A DNA stretch of 64,000 nt from the human T2T-CHM13v2.0 reference genome, Homo sapiens. The notes under the pieces were generated by a model, which did no database searches, was not told where the DNA came from, and saw nothing but the letters and a program-made list of their open reading frames with translations. Location: the NCBI RefSeq assembly GCF_009914755.1, contig NC_060925.1, one strand, 5' to 3'. Shown here one piece after another: positions 1-17,077 of the stretch; the stretch's first letter is position 1, and each line of letters opens with the position of its first letter. A program made the translations under genes and the position numbers.

Positions 1-348
1 CTTCCCAGGCCAAAATCAAATAGGATCCCTAGCTAAGGGCAGCTTGACTGGTATCAACACTAGACCTCAAGTGGGTATGATGAAAAGGAGCAGCCAACCT
101 CATTATCCAACTTAGAGGGAGTGAAGACTTCATTAAGAATAAATCTCATACGTTTTAATTACCAAAATGATCTAGGACTTCTTAGTCACAAGGATGATTT
201 TCATAGCAGATTTTAAAATAAATATTAATCTCTTAATTCATTTGCTAAACTATCTCAAGTTTGGATATTGAATAAGCATATTAAATATATAAGGGACAAT
301 TCTTTTTCTACAGAGGAAAGTTTTTCAATCATCTCCCACATCACTCAC

Positions 349-412
349 TTGGATCTGGTTCACAGGCGCCGTCGCTAAATTCTCCAAAGATGATGATGTA
401 TTGCTCTCCATC
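349..412 (-). CDS. GLRX2: Glutaredoxin 2, exon 2 (common exon; carries the Grx2c start ATG at 409-411)
   Basis: Reverse strand reads ttttag|G ATG GAG AGC AAT ACA TCA TCA TCT TTG GAG AAT TTA GCG ACG GCG CCT GTG AAC CAG ATC CAA|gtgagt = MESNTSSSLENLATAPVNQIQ, 64 nt, canonical AG/GT. Matches human Grx2. Exons 3-4 lie left of the window. Confidence 0.96.
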
Positions 413-864
413 CTAAAAGGAATTTAAGAGAACAATGTAGTTTATTAAGCATTAAGGATAATTTATCACGAGTTTTATTTGAAAAAAATCAATCTCATAA
501 ACAAATATAGCCAAACTTACAAAATAGAAAAAAATTTTACTTATTATCAGTACAAAATGTCAATATACAAAGTATTTGTTTCACTAAAACCAAAAAGGCC
601 TGTGTGCTTATGTAACTAGCTTCCCAACACCCTTAATTATTTGATAAAATCATATTTACTGTGTTTAAAGCTTGACACACTCTTATTTATAACTGGCAAA
701 TTTCAAATATTCCATCCTATGCCATATGACCTGACCATTGGTTTAAAAATATAGTTTCTATTTTCTTAGTAAAACATGCCAAAACTCTATGAACACACTG
801 TGAAGCAGGGAATCTTCAAAGATTTTTGAGGAAGCTACAGTATCTCAACCGCAATGGGCCATAG

Positions 865-1010
865 CTCCAAATTTCCTAGTCTGCAAAGTGGAAACAATAA
901 TCACTGGCACGTCTCAAAGGATTTTGTGAAGATTAAATGAATTCATACGCAGAAAGCAGATAAGTGCCTTCCACATAGTAAATGCTCAATAATGTTTAAC
1001 ATTACTACTA
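865..1010 (+). mobile_element. MIR SINE fragment
   Basis: Degenerate MIR core/3' end (tttcctagtctgcaaagtgg...ttgtgaagattaaatga...catagtaaatgctcaataa). Confidence 0.6.
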
Positions 1011-1554
1011 TTAGTTCCTGAATACAGGACCTCTCATTATCTCAGTATTTATTATCCAAAACCTAGCTATTGGGAGCTTGTAAAAGGAAGCATTCATTGT
1101 CAGGAAAATTATCACTAAAAAAAAAAACTCAACCAGTTTATCATCATCAAATCTTTTTATCCCTGGAACCTTTTCTTCCCCATCCACTCATCTTTCTTGG
1201 TCAACCAGGCCCTACCGCACTGTTGGAACAATATCAAACACCATGATGCAAACTAACTGCAGAGTAAAATTACAAATCTTACAAGAGGATTATGACATAT
1301 AATAGATGTTTCAAAAGAGAATTACTCGAATATCTAAAGAATAAGAGAATTTTTGAAACTTCAAATATTTAAAAAACTATTATCCTTGTGATTATGTTAT
1401 AAAACTCAAATATTCTGCCTTCAAATCAATACTGTATTCATTCATTGGGGGTGCATTTAAAATTTAAATGTTCTTAAATGTAAACATAAAGCTACTTTTT
1501 ATGTTTTGTTTAATTTTTGCAATAGTCCCAAGCAGAATTTTTTAAACTGGATAG

Positions 1555-1879
<325 letters not shown>

Positions 1880-1947
1880 TAAGTGAATCCACTCTAATAG
1901 CTTTTTCCAGTACATCTTATCCTTGGATAATGAACATCTGCCCTACA

Positions 1948-2851
1948 CAGTAGTCCCCCTTTATCCACGGTTTCAGTTATCCAAGGTCAGCTGTGGTCCA
2001 AAAACATTACATGGAAAATTTCAGAAGAAAATAGTTCGTAAGTTTTAAGTAGCATGATGAAATCTTGAGCCATCTAGCTTCCTCCTACCCAGGGTATGAA
2101 TCCTCCCTTTGTCCAGCATATGGACTCTGTATAAGCTCCCCACGCTTTAGTCAACAGCTGTCTTGGTGACCAGATCGACTGTCACAGTGTGGTGATGCTT
2201 GTGTTCAAGTAACCCTTATTTTACTTAATAATGGCTCCAACAAGAGTGAAACTCCGTCTTAAATAATAATAATAATAATGGCTCCAAACCACTAGAGTAG
2301 TGATGCTGGCAATTCAGGTACGTCAAAGAGAAGCCCTAAAGTGCTTCCTTTAAGTGAAACGGTGAAAGTTCTCCACCTAATAGGAAAAAAAAAATCACAC
2401 GCTGAGGTTGCTAAGGTCTATGGTAAGAACGGATCTTCTATCAGTGCAGTTGTAAAGAAGTAAAAAATTCATGGCAGTTTTGATGTCACACCTCAAACTG
2501 CAAGTTACAGCCACAAGGTATAAGTGCTTAGTTAAGCCAGAAAAGGTATTAAATTTGTGGAGACAAGAACAGAAAAAGTGTTCCAACTGACAGCAATGTG
2601 TTATGCCAAAAAGCACTGGGCCTATGAGAAGATTCAGCAAGGGATTCCTTGAAATGAGCATTTTGTTATTAAAGTGATTGTTCTTTTATTATTGTTGTTA
2701 ATCTCTTACTCTGCCTAATTTATAAATTAAACTTTATCATAGGCAAGTATGTATAGGAAAATAGCATGTATAGGGTTCAGTACTATCCGAGGTTTTAGGC
2801 ATCCACCGAGGGTCTTGGAACGTGTCCACCACGGATAAGGGGGAACGATTA
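1948..2851 (-). mobile_element. MER44/Tigger7-type Tc1-mariner DNA transposon remnant
   Basis: Terminal inverted repeats cagtagtccccctttatccacgg ... ccacggataagggggaac; internal sequence homologous (opposite strand) to the copy at 39592-40084. Confidence 0.8.
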
Positions 2852-4019
2852 TGATATCAGCTCACCTAGAGTGAGGAAGCTACAGCAAACATCAGTTTGT
2901 TCAGTTATAACAAAGAAGAGTAAGAGACAGGAATTAAACATTATAACATTATAACCTACCCAATGTTTACAATCTATTATTCCTTGCTTCCTAATAGTAT
3001 TAGCAAGGAACACTTTAAAACAAAAAAAAAAGTCCTGTGCGCTTAACTCAGGAAGGAGTTAAGGGTAGCGAGCTAGGGAGACTGCAGCCAACCTGAGAGG
3101 AGGGTGAAGCTTTAAGATAAAAGAAAGTTGAGTTCCTGAAGCCTAAACCAGAAAAGGTTAGGCAGCACTGGCCTAGCCCTAAGGAAGAGCATTGGTGGAA
3201 TAAATCAGCAAGCTGTATTTGGTTTATCAACTAAGAAAGCAAGTCCTTTCATCTCAGGTCCAGCACTTAAACTGTCATACCCAAACCATCTACTACAGCA
3301 TTTACTACTGAAGGAGCTCCAATAGAACACAAGAGAATGTTTTCTTGGGTAGTGAGAGGAGGTAGGAGGTGCATTCTGAAATATTACCCAAATAAAAGTT
3401 TCTGGAAGACACCCTTTCCCTTCAATTTCTAGTTGACCTTGGTAAAAACTGTCGCGAACTATGAATAGAAACATGCACGGAGGAAGTAAGTGCACAATAA
3501 ACATTTCATTTCAACACAGATGAAGCACCTAGTCATGCCACATTTATGGAGCGCCTACTGTGTGCTAAGTAGGCAAAGTGCTATATTGACCCCAGGGATA
3601 CGCAGAAAAAAACACGGCGGGGCCTCAAAGAGCTGTCAAACACTTAACAGCCTGTGATTAGCCCTTCAGGAGGGGTCTCTAGCTTGGTCTGGAAAGTTAA
3701 ACTTGAGATTCCTAGAATCTTGCAAAACTGATAGAAGCTCCCAGATCAAGTAGATAGCGAGACAGACTCTCCGGCCAAGTGCGCAGTGGCAGGCGCGGAA
3801 GTGCGAGCCGGCAGGACCGCCAGGCACCAGCCGCGCGGGCGTGGGCAGCACAGCCGCAGTTCCCTTCCACTGCAGGTCCCGAAGCCGCTGATATTCCAAA
3901 CGAGGAAGTGTAAGGAAAGCACTATCCTCGGTCTAGCCGCAGGCGGCATCACCATCAGTCAGCCTCTATCCTAAAAGCTCTGGCCATTCAGCGGGAATCA
4001 TCGCCTTCACTTCCTGCAG

Positions 4020-4212
4020 TAGGGTGGCTAAGTTTAGCAAACAAGAATGCAGGACGCCCGGTCAAATTAGAATTGTAACCAAACACCAGAAAACTGTTCC
4101 GTTTTTCCTATGTCCACTGCAGTATTTGGGACACACTTGGACTAAGAATCATTCGCTCTTTCAGAGAAATTCCAATTGATTGCGGCGTCTTGTATTTTAT
4201 GTAGCAATTCAC
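4020..4212. mobile_element. MER53-like palindromic hAT MITE
   Basis: tagggtggctaagtttagcaaacaagaatgcaggacgcccggtcaaatt...gcgtcttgtattttatgtagcaa resembles the MER53 consensus; the ends are loosely self-complementary. Confidence 0.65.
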
Positions 4213-4471
4213 AGAGGGATGGCCTAAGTGAACATGAGTGAAGTATTTTCAACGCGAGAGTCACAGGCTCCTGAAGTCAGCACAGCCGCGGAGGGCACCC
4301 TTCCCTGCCCATCCCTCGAGCGCCTCTGCGTGTTATGACTCAGAGCCCACGCGCTAGTACGCCTCGCCCACCCGGCGCCGGGGCAAAGGGGCACCTCCGC
4401 CCACCGCTTTCTCCAGACCCCCGCAAGGCCTGCGCACCACGCCGCGGCACTCCTGCCCGCTGACCCCGTAC

Positions 4472-4590
4472 CCAGAGGCCGCAGCTGCCGCAGCTCCCGC
4501 AGCTCCCGCCGCCCTGTCAAGCCAGCCTGCCGAGCCGCTCCTGCTCCAAACCAGCCGCGTCCCCGCCAGCGCCGCGCGGCGCCAAATCAT
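4472..4590 (-). CDS. GLRX2: Glutaredoxin 2 exon Ia coding part (Grx2a mitochondrial targeting peptide)
   Basis: [40 protein letters not shown]; 119 nt ending GG|gtacgg; phase 2 joins the single G at the start of exon 2. Arg-rich presequence. Confidence 0.96.
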
Positions 4591-4724
4591 GGTCAGAGCC
4601 CGGATCTGCAGCGAGCTCTACTGCCGGACACCGCGGATCCCGGGAGCCCGCCTCCTCCGGCCCGGCCCCCGCCTTGCCCCGCCCCGTCCCGCCCCTCCGG
4701 ACTGCCCGCGCCGCCGCCGGTCAC

Positions 4725-4846
4725 CTCCTCGCAGCTGAGCGCGTCCTCCCAGGGCTGCCCGAGCGCTGGATTCCAGCGAGTGCCACCCACGTGTAAACAT
4801 CCTTTAGAGGGGAGAAGCGGCTCACTTGCTTATCTCGAGGGTTCAT
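4725..4846 (-). CDS. GLRX2: Glutaredoxin 2 alternative first exon Ib coding part (Grx2b); internal donor after 4826 gives exon Ic (Grx2c)
   Basis: Reverse strand ATG AAC CCT CGA GAT AAG CAA GTG AGC ... GCG AGG AG|gtgacc = MNPRDKQVSRFSPLKDVYTWVALAGIQRSGSPGRTRSAAR(R), 122 nt, phase 2, in frame with exon 2. A second donor CAA|gtgagc lies 101 nt upstream. Confidence 0.88.
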
Positions 4847-5661
4847 CCGAGCCCCGCCTCTGGATTCTTTTAGGTTTAGGGACGCTCATAAAGGCTCCCA
4901 GGCACTTGGAAGCAGTGCATGAGGATGGTGGCAGACATGCTGGGGAAACGGAGGAGAAAAAACATGACCATCCAAAACAGAATCAAAGTGGTGCCTCAGA
5001 TGTTTCCAACTACCTGTTACACAAGTTTTTGTGTGGATGAAATAAGAGCCTAAATATATCCTCTTATAATTAGGCAATTGGTCGAGACCCAATGTAAATT
5101 ATGGGGATATTGGGGTTTACATCCATAATTAAAAGAAAAAATCCGGTGTTGAAGGTTTACTCCAAAGAAGACAAAGATTATTTCCCACCACCTGCCAAAA
5201 AAAAAAAAATTAGGAAACAAAACAAAAGAAATTAGCACAGAGATGTTTCACCATGGCTTTGGAAATGGGCGATTGCTGTTGACAGGATTATTTAAGCCAC
5301 TCAGTGGTGGTAATAATAGCCTTTGTGCGTCACTATTTAAGGTTGGGGGTAAGCCTTTATTTACTGAGGACACTGAAATTCATCTTAAAGTCAAAGGTCA
5401 AATGGTACATCTAAAATTCTAAACAATTATTACAACAATCCAGAGCTTTTTTGATTCTTCATGTTCAACTAAGTGTAAAATTCATGTTACCAAAGTACAA
5501 AATAAGAACTTGTATTTCTGACAGTTCTTTTCCAACATTCAAATGGGCTATGTTTGATTACTTAATAAAAGGATGGAAGTTAGTTGCAAAAATAAATACC
5601 CCCAAAGGGTAGGAATTCATTCTTTTTAAAGACAAATTTGACTTTGAAAATTAAGGCATGT

Positions 5662-6053
<392 letters not shown>

Positions 6054-6459
6054 AAAATTAAGGTATGTTATCTATCTATAGTGTTGTGGGCTTTTTAATT
6101 TTTTTATAAAACTATTTTGGAAATTTATGGTGTTATGTTAGTTTTGAAGTCAAATTTTACCTCATCTCAAATTGTTTTATGAAATAAAGATCATTATGAG
6201 GTGAACCGATCATGTTACAATTTAATTTTAATACAGCATAGATGGACTATTATCAAGCACAGAATTCACTGGACAGATTTTTTTAAGGATTTCAGAATGT
6301 AAAGTACTTCAGAAGAAAGTGTTATGCCTGAATTCAGCATAATATATTAATAAATATATTGATAATTTTCAACTTCTTTGTGCTTCGTGGGGTAGCTACA
6401 GAAGTGATTATTATTTTTGGTCATAGTTGTGATGACTGCAATAGCAAGTTAAGAAATAT

Positions 6460-7485
<1,026 letters not shown>

Positions 7486-7494
7486 AAAGTGACA

Positions 7495-7792
<298 letters not shown>

Positions 7793-8769
7793 GTTGTTGG
7801 CATGAAGACGTGAAGGCAGGCCAACTGGAAGGGAAGCATCCTATATGACTGGTTTGGGGAGCATATTTGGAAAGCTGGTAGTCATTAACCAAGTTCTAAT
7901 TGTTCTGGTCTGTTTGCTCGAAGTCAGAGTTTTATTGTCATGTGTGTTCTGCCCATTATCCATTTATATATTCAGTCCCTCACCATTAAATAATGGGATT
8001 CCATAGTTAACCTCTTGTTCCTGAATTCTATAAATTTTATGTGCCCACCATGTGCCAAGCACTGTAGTGAACAGCACAGAAATGACACTAGCATTCATGA
8101 AAACCTAGGATAATACATAAGAGGAAGGCCTAAATTGAATTTGATATTTTGGAAGGAATGGCAGAGGAAGAAACTTGTAACCTAAGGTTTTAACAAGAGT
8201 AAGAGTTAGGCAGACAAGGTGGGGGCAGAGGGAGAAGGGAAGGGGAAGAGCTCTCCAGGTGGTAAGGAAGAAGACAAAAGCTATTACATGCTTTCCATGC
8301 AGAAATTTTTTATTTAATCTGATTTGAAATTAGCCATGTTCGCAATTTTAATTTGTTGGTTTAAAAAAGCAAGCATGACTTGTCTGTGTTTCCATATTTA
8401 AAAATCCGTGTTGAAAGAGCAAATAAACCAACAAATCTAGTTCTGTCATATGCCTTACTTTTACTGCCCTCTACTTTCTTTTCTTGGTTTCGCAAAGGCT
8501 ATTTATTAGATATTCTTTGAAGTTTTTATTGAATTGGGCTTGCTGCTTCTTTTTATTGGAAATTCAACATGTTATTCTTCTGCTGTACCAGTAGCCAACC
8601 AGACTGAGATCAGACCATCATCCCCCAGCCCCAACAGATCCCCATATTATTGGAGCACCTTAGAACAATTATCAATACAGGTACAATTTATCCTAGGAGA
8701 TGACTGTTGAGTCAAGCTCAACTCAATTCTGAAAAAAAAAAAAAAAAAAAAAAAAAAAAAGCCCAATAT

Positions 8770-9215
8770 CTTTAATGATTACTTTTATGTGTCAACTTGA
8801 CTAGACAATGGATGCCCAAGTATTTGGCCACTAGGTGTTTCTGTGAGGATGTTTTGGAAAGAAATTAACATTTAAATTTGAAGACCGAGTAAAGCAGATT
8901 GCCCTCCATAATGTGGGTAGGCTTTATCAAATCAGTTGGAAGTCTGAATAGGACAAAATGATGACCCTCCTCCAGCCAGGAAAGAGTTCTGCTAGATGTC
9001 CTTGGAACTGAACATTAGCTCTTCCTGCCTGATGGCCTTCAAACTGGATAATTGGATCTCCTTGGTTCTGCAGAAGCTTTCTGGCCTTTGGACTCCAACT
9101 AGGACATTGGTTCAGCATATATTAAACTTGCCAGCCTCCATAATCATGTGAGTGAATTCCTTTCAATTAATCTCTTTATATATATTCTATTTCTCTGGAG
9201 AACCCTGACCAATAC
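8770..9215 (+). mobile_element. MLT2-type (ERVL) solo LTR
   Basis: Starts ttttatgtgtcaacttgactag, contains agtaaagcagattgccctccataatgtggg, ends tctctggagaaccctgaccaataca. Confidence 0.75.
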
Positions 9216-9638
9216 AATATTCAATTGTTATTTTATCCAAGATAGAAAAAATTGTTCCATTTCTTTTTTTAAAATTACTTTTATCCTTAGAGTTCCCAAG
9301 ACATAAAGTTTCGATTCGGTAAGTCTCTAAGTCCTTTTCTCTGTAACATTCCCACACAAGGCTATACTTAACATTAATGGTAATGAGATTTAATCACAAG
9401 TCTCCAGTTCTAGTGTTACCAAAGCTCCACTATATGGTCCAAACACTGAACAAAGACCTATCAAGCTGATTGCTATTATATAAAGCACAAATCTGATAAG
9501 GGATCTGATATGGGCATAGTCAGGACTGCAGTAGTGAAAGAAGTCAGTTCCACTCCCGCTACTTATAGACAAAGTGAAGAGCAGCCTCTGCCATTCAGGA
9601 TCTGGATTGGCACTAACAGCTGGATCATTGTGTTTTCC

Positions 9639-12803
<3,165 letters not shown>

Positions 12804-14098
12804 AGAAGTGAAGTTTCCACCAAGATTCAGCTGAGACCTTGCCGCTGCAGGCTAAGATCCTCAACTCTCTAGTGTGGACGTCACATCTGGAATCTTGTGT
12901 CTTCTGATTGAGGCCCCCTGGCACACAGTGAGGAGGTAAGTTTATACTGAATTGAGCTCCAATATTTTGTTGAAGTTCTTCGCACTGAATTTTATTTTGT
13001 TTTCTTAGGAATTAGGTGCCCTGGCATCCTTCCATTATCTGATCAGACTTGTATCGTTCCTTGGTGAAACTGTTGTCTAGTCTTCCAGCTGTTCCTTTTA
13101 CGGTCTGTCTGCTTACCAAGTTGTCAATTAGAGAAAAAGTCTACAAGAAGATACCAGGCAGAGGCTCTATAATTCTATCCTTGTGCTGGCCCTGGGGGCT
13201 GGGAAGTTCAGGTCTCCTCAGACCACTCTCTTTGAACCAACTCTTTGTCTTGAGTCTCCATTACAAATTATGCAAAGACATCCTCCTTAGTTTTGTCTTT
13301 GTGTTAGTACTTTAATTTTATCTGCTTGGAATCAGGAGGTTTGTCCACCCCATGTTTGGTGACCATTAACCTTTGGCCAATTTATAAAGACATGAGTTAC
13401 ACAAATGCCATTTTAGGGAACACTGCAGTACTCATAGGGCCTTCTTAATTAAAACCTGCTTTCTACTTGACAAAACCTACTTCCCTTATGTTTTCACACT
13501 ATAATATTAACTTGCATGTTTATCTGTCTAACTGGTACAGTTTTACCAGAGACAATTTGAGATTACAATACCCACTTTAGCTATTTTTGACAAGAATAAG
13601 ATTGTTCATATGAGAGGTGCTTTAGAACAAAAAGTGAGGAAGACTTCATGAGGAAATTTTCTTGCTTGTCTAAAAAAGAGAGTATTTAATTTAACGTAGG
13701 AGACATCTCTTCCTTTGTTTTCTTACTCTGAAGATTAATAAGTGTTGGATTTTTCACTGTATGGGTGGATAAAATTGTCCAGGGCCCAAGTTGTTCTTTA
13801 AATCAGCTATTATAACGCTCTTTTGTGTGTGTACATGTTAAAATGAGTTTTTCCATATCTAAACTTTCTCTTTTTTTCAGAGAAAGCATAATTAGCCTTT
13901 TAAGGTGATAATTTTATATTTATCTGAAGTCAACTCTCTCATTTTCTTCTGTTTCTCTGTTTTATTCCTCTCTTAGAAAATTCTAAAGATTAACAATCAA
14001 AAAACAAAAAACCAAAACATTCAATTATTGTGTGCTCACTCTAAGAATATATAGTTTAGATAAACAATCACGTAAAAGTAAACAAAAAAGTCATCAAA

Positions 14099-14128
14099 GT
14101 ACTCATTTTGGCAGCACGTACACTGAAA
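14099..14128 (+). pseudogene. 5' fragment of U6 snRNA (tailless retropseudogene)
   Basis: gtactcattttggcagcacgtacactgaaa vs U6 nt 1-30 GTGCTCGCTTCGGCAGCACATATACTAAAA: 23/30 identical, all differences transitions; degenerate flanking direct repeat. Confidence 0.6.
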
Positions 14129-15908
14129 AGGCCATCGAACTCTTTGTGTTTATTTTGTGAGTCCTGAATAGCCCTTGTTACCGTACTTAAAAGGTAAAAA
14201 GACAAGATCTTAGTTATTTCCAAGATAAAAGAAGAACTTTTAGCATGATTCAGAATCTTTAAATTTCAATACCATATAAAAGTAATGTCAATACAATATT
14301 TTGTTTTGAACAGGACCACAGTTAATCTTCTCATGATTTATACTTCCTATATTTCCTATGTTGGTTTTATGAGTTAAATAAATTATCATTGCTTCTACGA
14401 CATGTTTAAATTTCCATATATAAATGTAAATATGTGTGTATACATATATAAATAAAACATTTGTAATGGTATTCATGCAATGCAAGAGTAATACTTTTTT
14501 TTAGGGGTAAATTTTATAAAATTCTTACAGTGCTACAAATAAGTATTTACTGTGAGAGCAAACGTGGTAAATTTCAGATCCTTAACTACGTTCAAGACAT
14601 TATACAAATAATTAATTTAATTAATAAATAATGTTTTGAAGCCAGAACAGTTTCTAAGTAAAAAACATATATGTTTATTTCCATATGTAAGGAATTTGTA
14701 AGTTGTCATTCTGTTGTAACATTAAATAAAAAAACTGAATAGATTGAAAAATCAACTTTTCTTGGATCCGTGAAAGAGATGAAGATACAGGGCAAACACT
14801 GCCCCCAATATTGGAGAGAGAGAGAGATGAATACAGGGATTCACAGCTTACCTGAGCAGAGACTCATGAGTGGAAATGGCCACAGAACCAGTGCTAGGAT
14901 AAGAACTTCTAAACTGTGATCAGTGAATTGCTGGATGCTTAGTGTGGACAAGTCTGAGAGTTAAAAATTCCAGGGGGATTGACTCAAGTGGTTGGAGTGG
15001 ACTCACAGTTTTGTGACTCATCCCCAGGAGCTTGACCTGGTTCTCACAGTAAGTATGTTAGGAAAATCCTCACTTGTTTTCAGCAGGGGGAGGGAAAATG
15101 AATCATTCTGAAATAGAGTAGAGGACTATGTTCTTAACAAGGCCTGCCCTCAGCAAAAACTAGTTAACTAGAGTCTAACCTGCTGGGGTTTTTTTCAGAG
15201 CCTCAGTGACTTGGGGGAAGGAAAACACCAAGTCTAGCCTGCTTTAGCTATCCTGTCCCAATTAAGGGTGGAAGCAGGAGGGAACTAAGTCCACAGTCCA
15301 GAGGCATAGGGTCATTAAAAGACTGTGACCTAATCGTAGAACTACAGAGCACTTGTTCTCCCCCACAACTTACCACCATGTTATGAAAGACCTATTTATA
15401 GCAGCTCCTTTCACCTGGTATATCATGTCCAGCTATTAAGAAAAAAATTACATAAAAGGAAAAAAACAGAATTTGAAGAGACAGAGCAAGCATCAGAACC
15501 AGGCATGGCAGAGATATTGGAATTATCAGACCAGGAATTTAAAACAATGATTAATATGCTAAGGGTCTTAGTGGATAAAGTAGATAGTATGCAAGAACAG
15601 ATGTGCAATGTAAGCAGAGGAATGAAAATCCTGAAAAAAAAAAATGCTAGAAGTGAAAAAAAAAAAAAAACTGTAAGAGAAATGATGAATGCCTTTGGTG
15701 GGCTCATTAGTAGACTGAAATGGCTGAGGAAAGAATCTCCAAGTTAAAGGATCTCTCAACAGAAAACTCCGAAACTGAACAGCAAAGAAAACAAAGATTG
15801 AAAAAACAGAACAGGGCTGGGCACGGTGGCTCATGCCTGTAATCCCAGCACTTTGGGAGGCCCAGGCGGGCAGATCACGAGGTCAGGAGATCGAGACCAT
15901 CCTGGCTA

Positions 15909-16194
<286 letters not shown>

Positions 16195-16547
16195 TCAGAA
16201 GGAGAAGCAAGAAAAAGACAGAAGAAATATTTGAAGCAATGAAGATTTTTAAATCCTTCAAATTGGCCGGGTGTGGTGGCTCACACCTGTAATTCCAGCA
16301 CTCTGGGAGACCAAGGTGGGTAGATCACCTGAGGTCAGGAATTCAAGACCAGCCCCCGCCAACATAGTGAAACCCCGTCTCTACTAAAAATACAAAAAAT
16401 TAGTTGGGTGTGGTGGTGCACACCTGTAATCCCAGCTGCTCGGGAGGCTGAGGCAGGAGAATCATTTGAACCCGAGAGACGGAGGCTGCAGTGAGCCAAG
16501 ATTGTGCCATTACACTCCAGCTGGGCGACAGAGTGAGACTCCACCTC

Positions 16548-16549
16548 AA

Positions 16550-16583
<34 letters not shown>

Positions 16584-16699
16584 GGAGAGAGAAAGAAAGA
16601 AGGAAAGAAAGAGGAAGAAAGAAAGAAAGAGAAAGAAAGAAGGAAAGAAGGAAAGAAAGGAAAGAAAGAAAGAAGGAAAGAAAAAGAAAGAAAGAAAGA
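16548..16699. repeat. GA-rich polypurine tract ((GAAA)n/(GA)n), expanded Alu tail
   Basis: ~150 nt of purines only, directly after an Alu 3' end. Confidence 0.9.
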
Positions 16700-17022
16700 C
16701 TGACAAAATACAACCATATAAAATGCTCAATTAAAACCACAAACAGCTGGGCGCAGTGGCTCAGGCCTGTAATCCCAGCATTTTGGGAGGCTGAAGCAGG
16801 AGGATTTCTTGAGCCTAGGAATCTGATACCAGCCTAAAAAATAAAGTGGGTCCCTGTCTCTATAAAAAATTTAAAAATTAGCTCGGTGTGGTGGTGTACA
16901 CCTGTAGTCTCAGCCGCTCTAGAGGTTTCAGTGGGAGGATCACTTGAGCCCAGGAGTTTGAAGCCGCCGTGAGCTATGATCACACCATTAGGTTCCAGCC
17001 TGGATTACAGAGCAAGACCCTG

Positions 17023-17066
<44 letters not shown>

Positions 17067-17077
17067 GCACACACACA
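17023..17077. repeat. Compound (TC)n(AC)n microsatellite
   Basis: tctctc...tctcacacac...acac replacing an Alu tail. Confidence 0.9.

Larger units (their letters stand above)
3770..4880. promoter_or_regulatory. CpG island / GLRX2 promoter region
   Basis: High GC and CpG density around both first exons; clustered GC boxes (CCCGCCC/CCCCGCC) at ~4660-4700; TGACTCA at 4336-4342; CACGTG at 4788-4793 overlapping GTAAACA at 4793-4799. Confidence 0.85.

Noticed and set aside
3666-4800. Overlapping ORFs in the GLRX2 CpG island other than exons Ia/Ib
   Set aside because: GC-rich composition or alternative frames of the real exons.
16335-16837. Phe/Leu/Ser-rich and Lys/Glu/Arg-rich ORFs
   Set aside because: Translations of the (GAAA)n tract.
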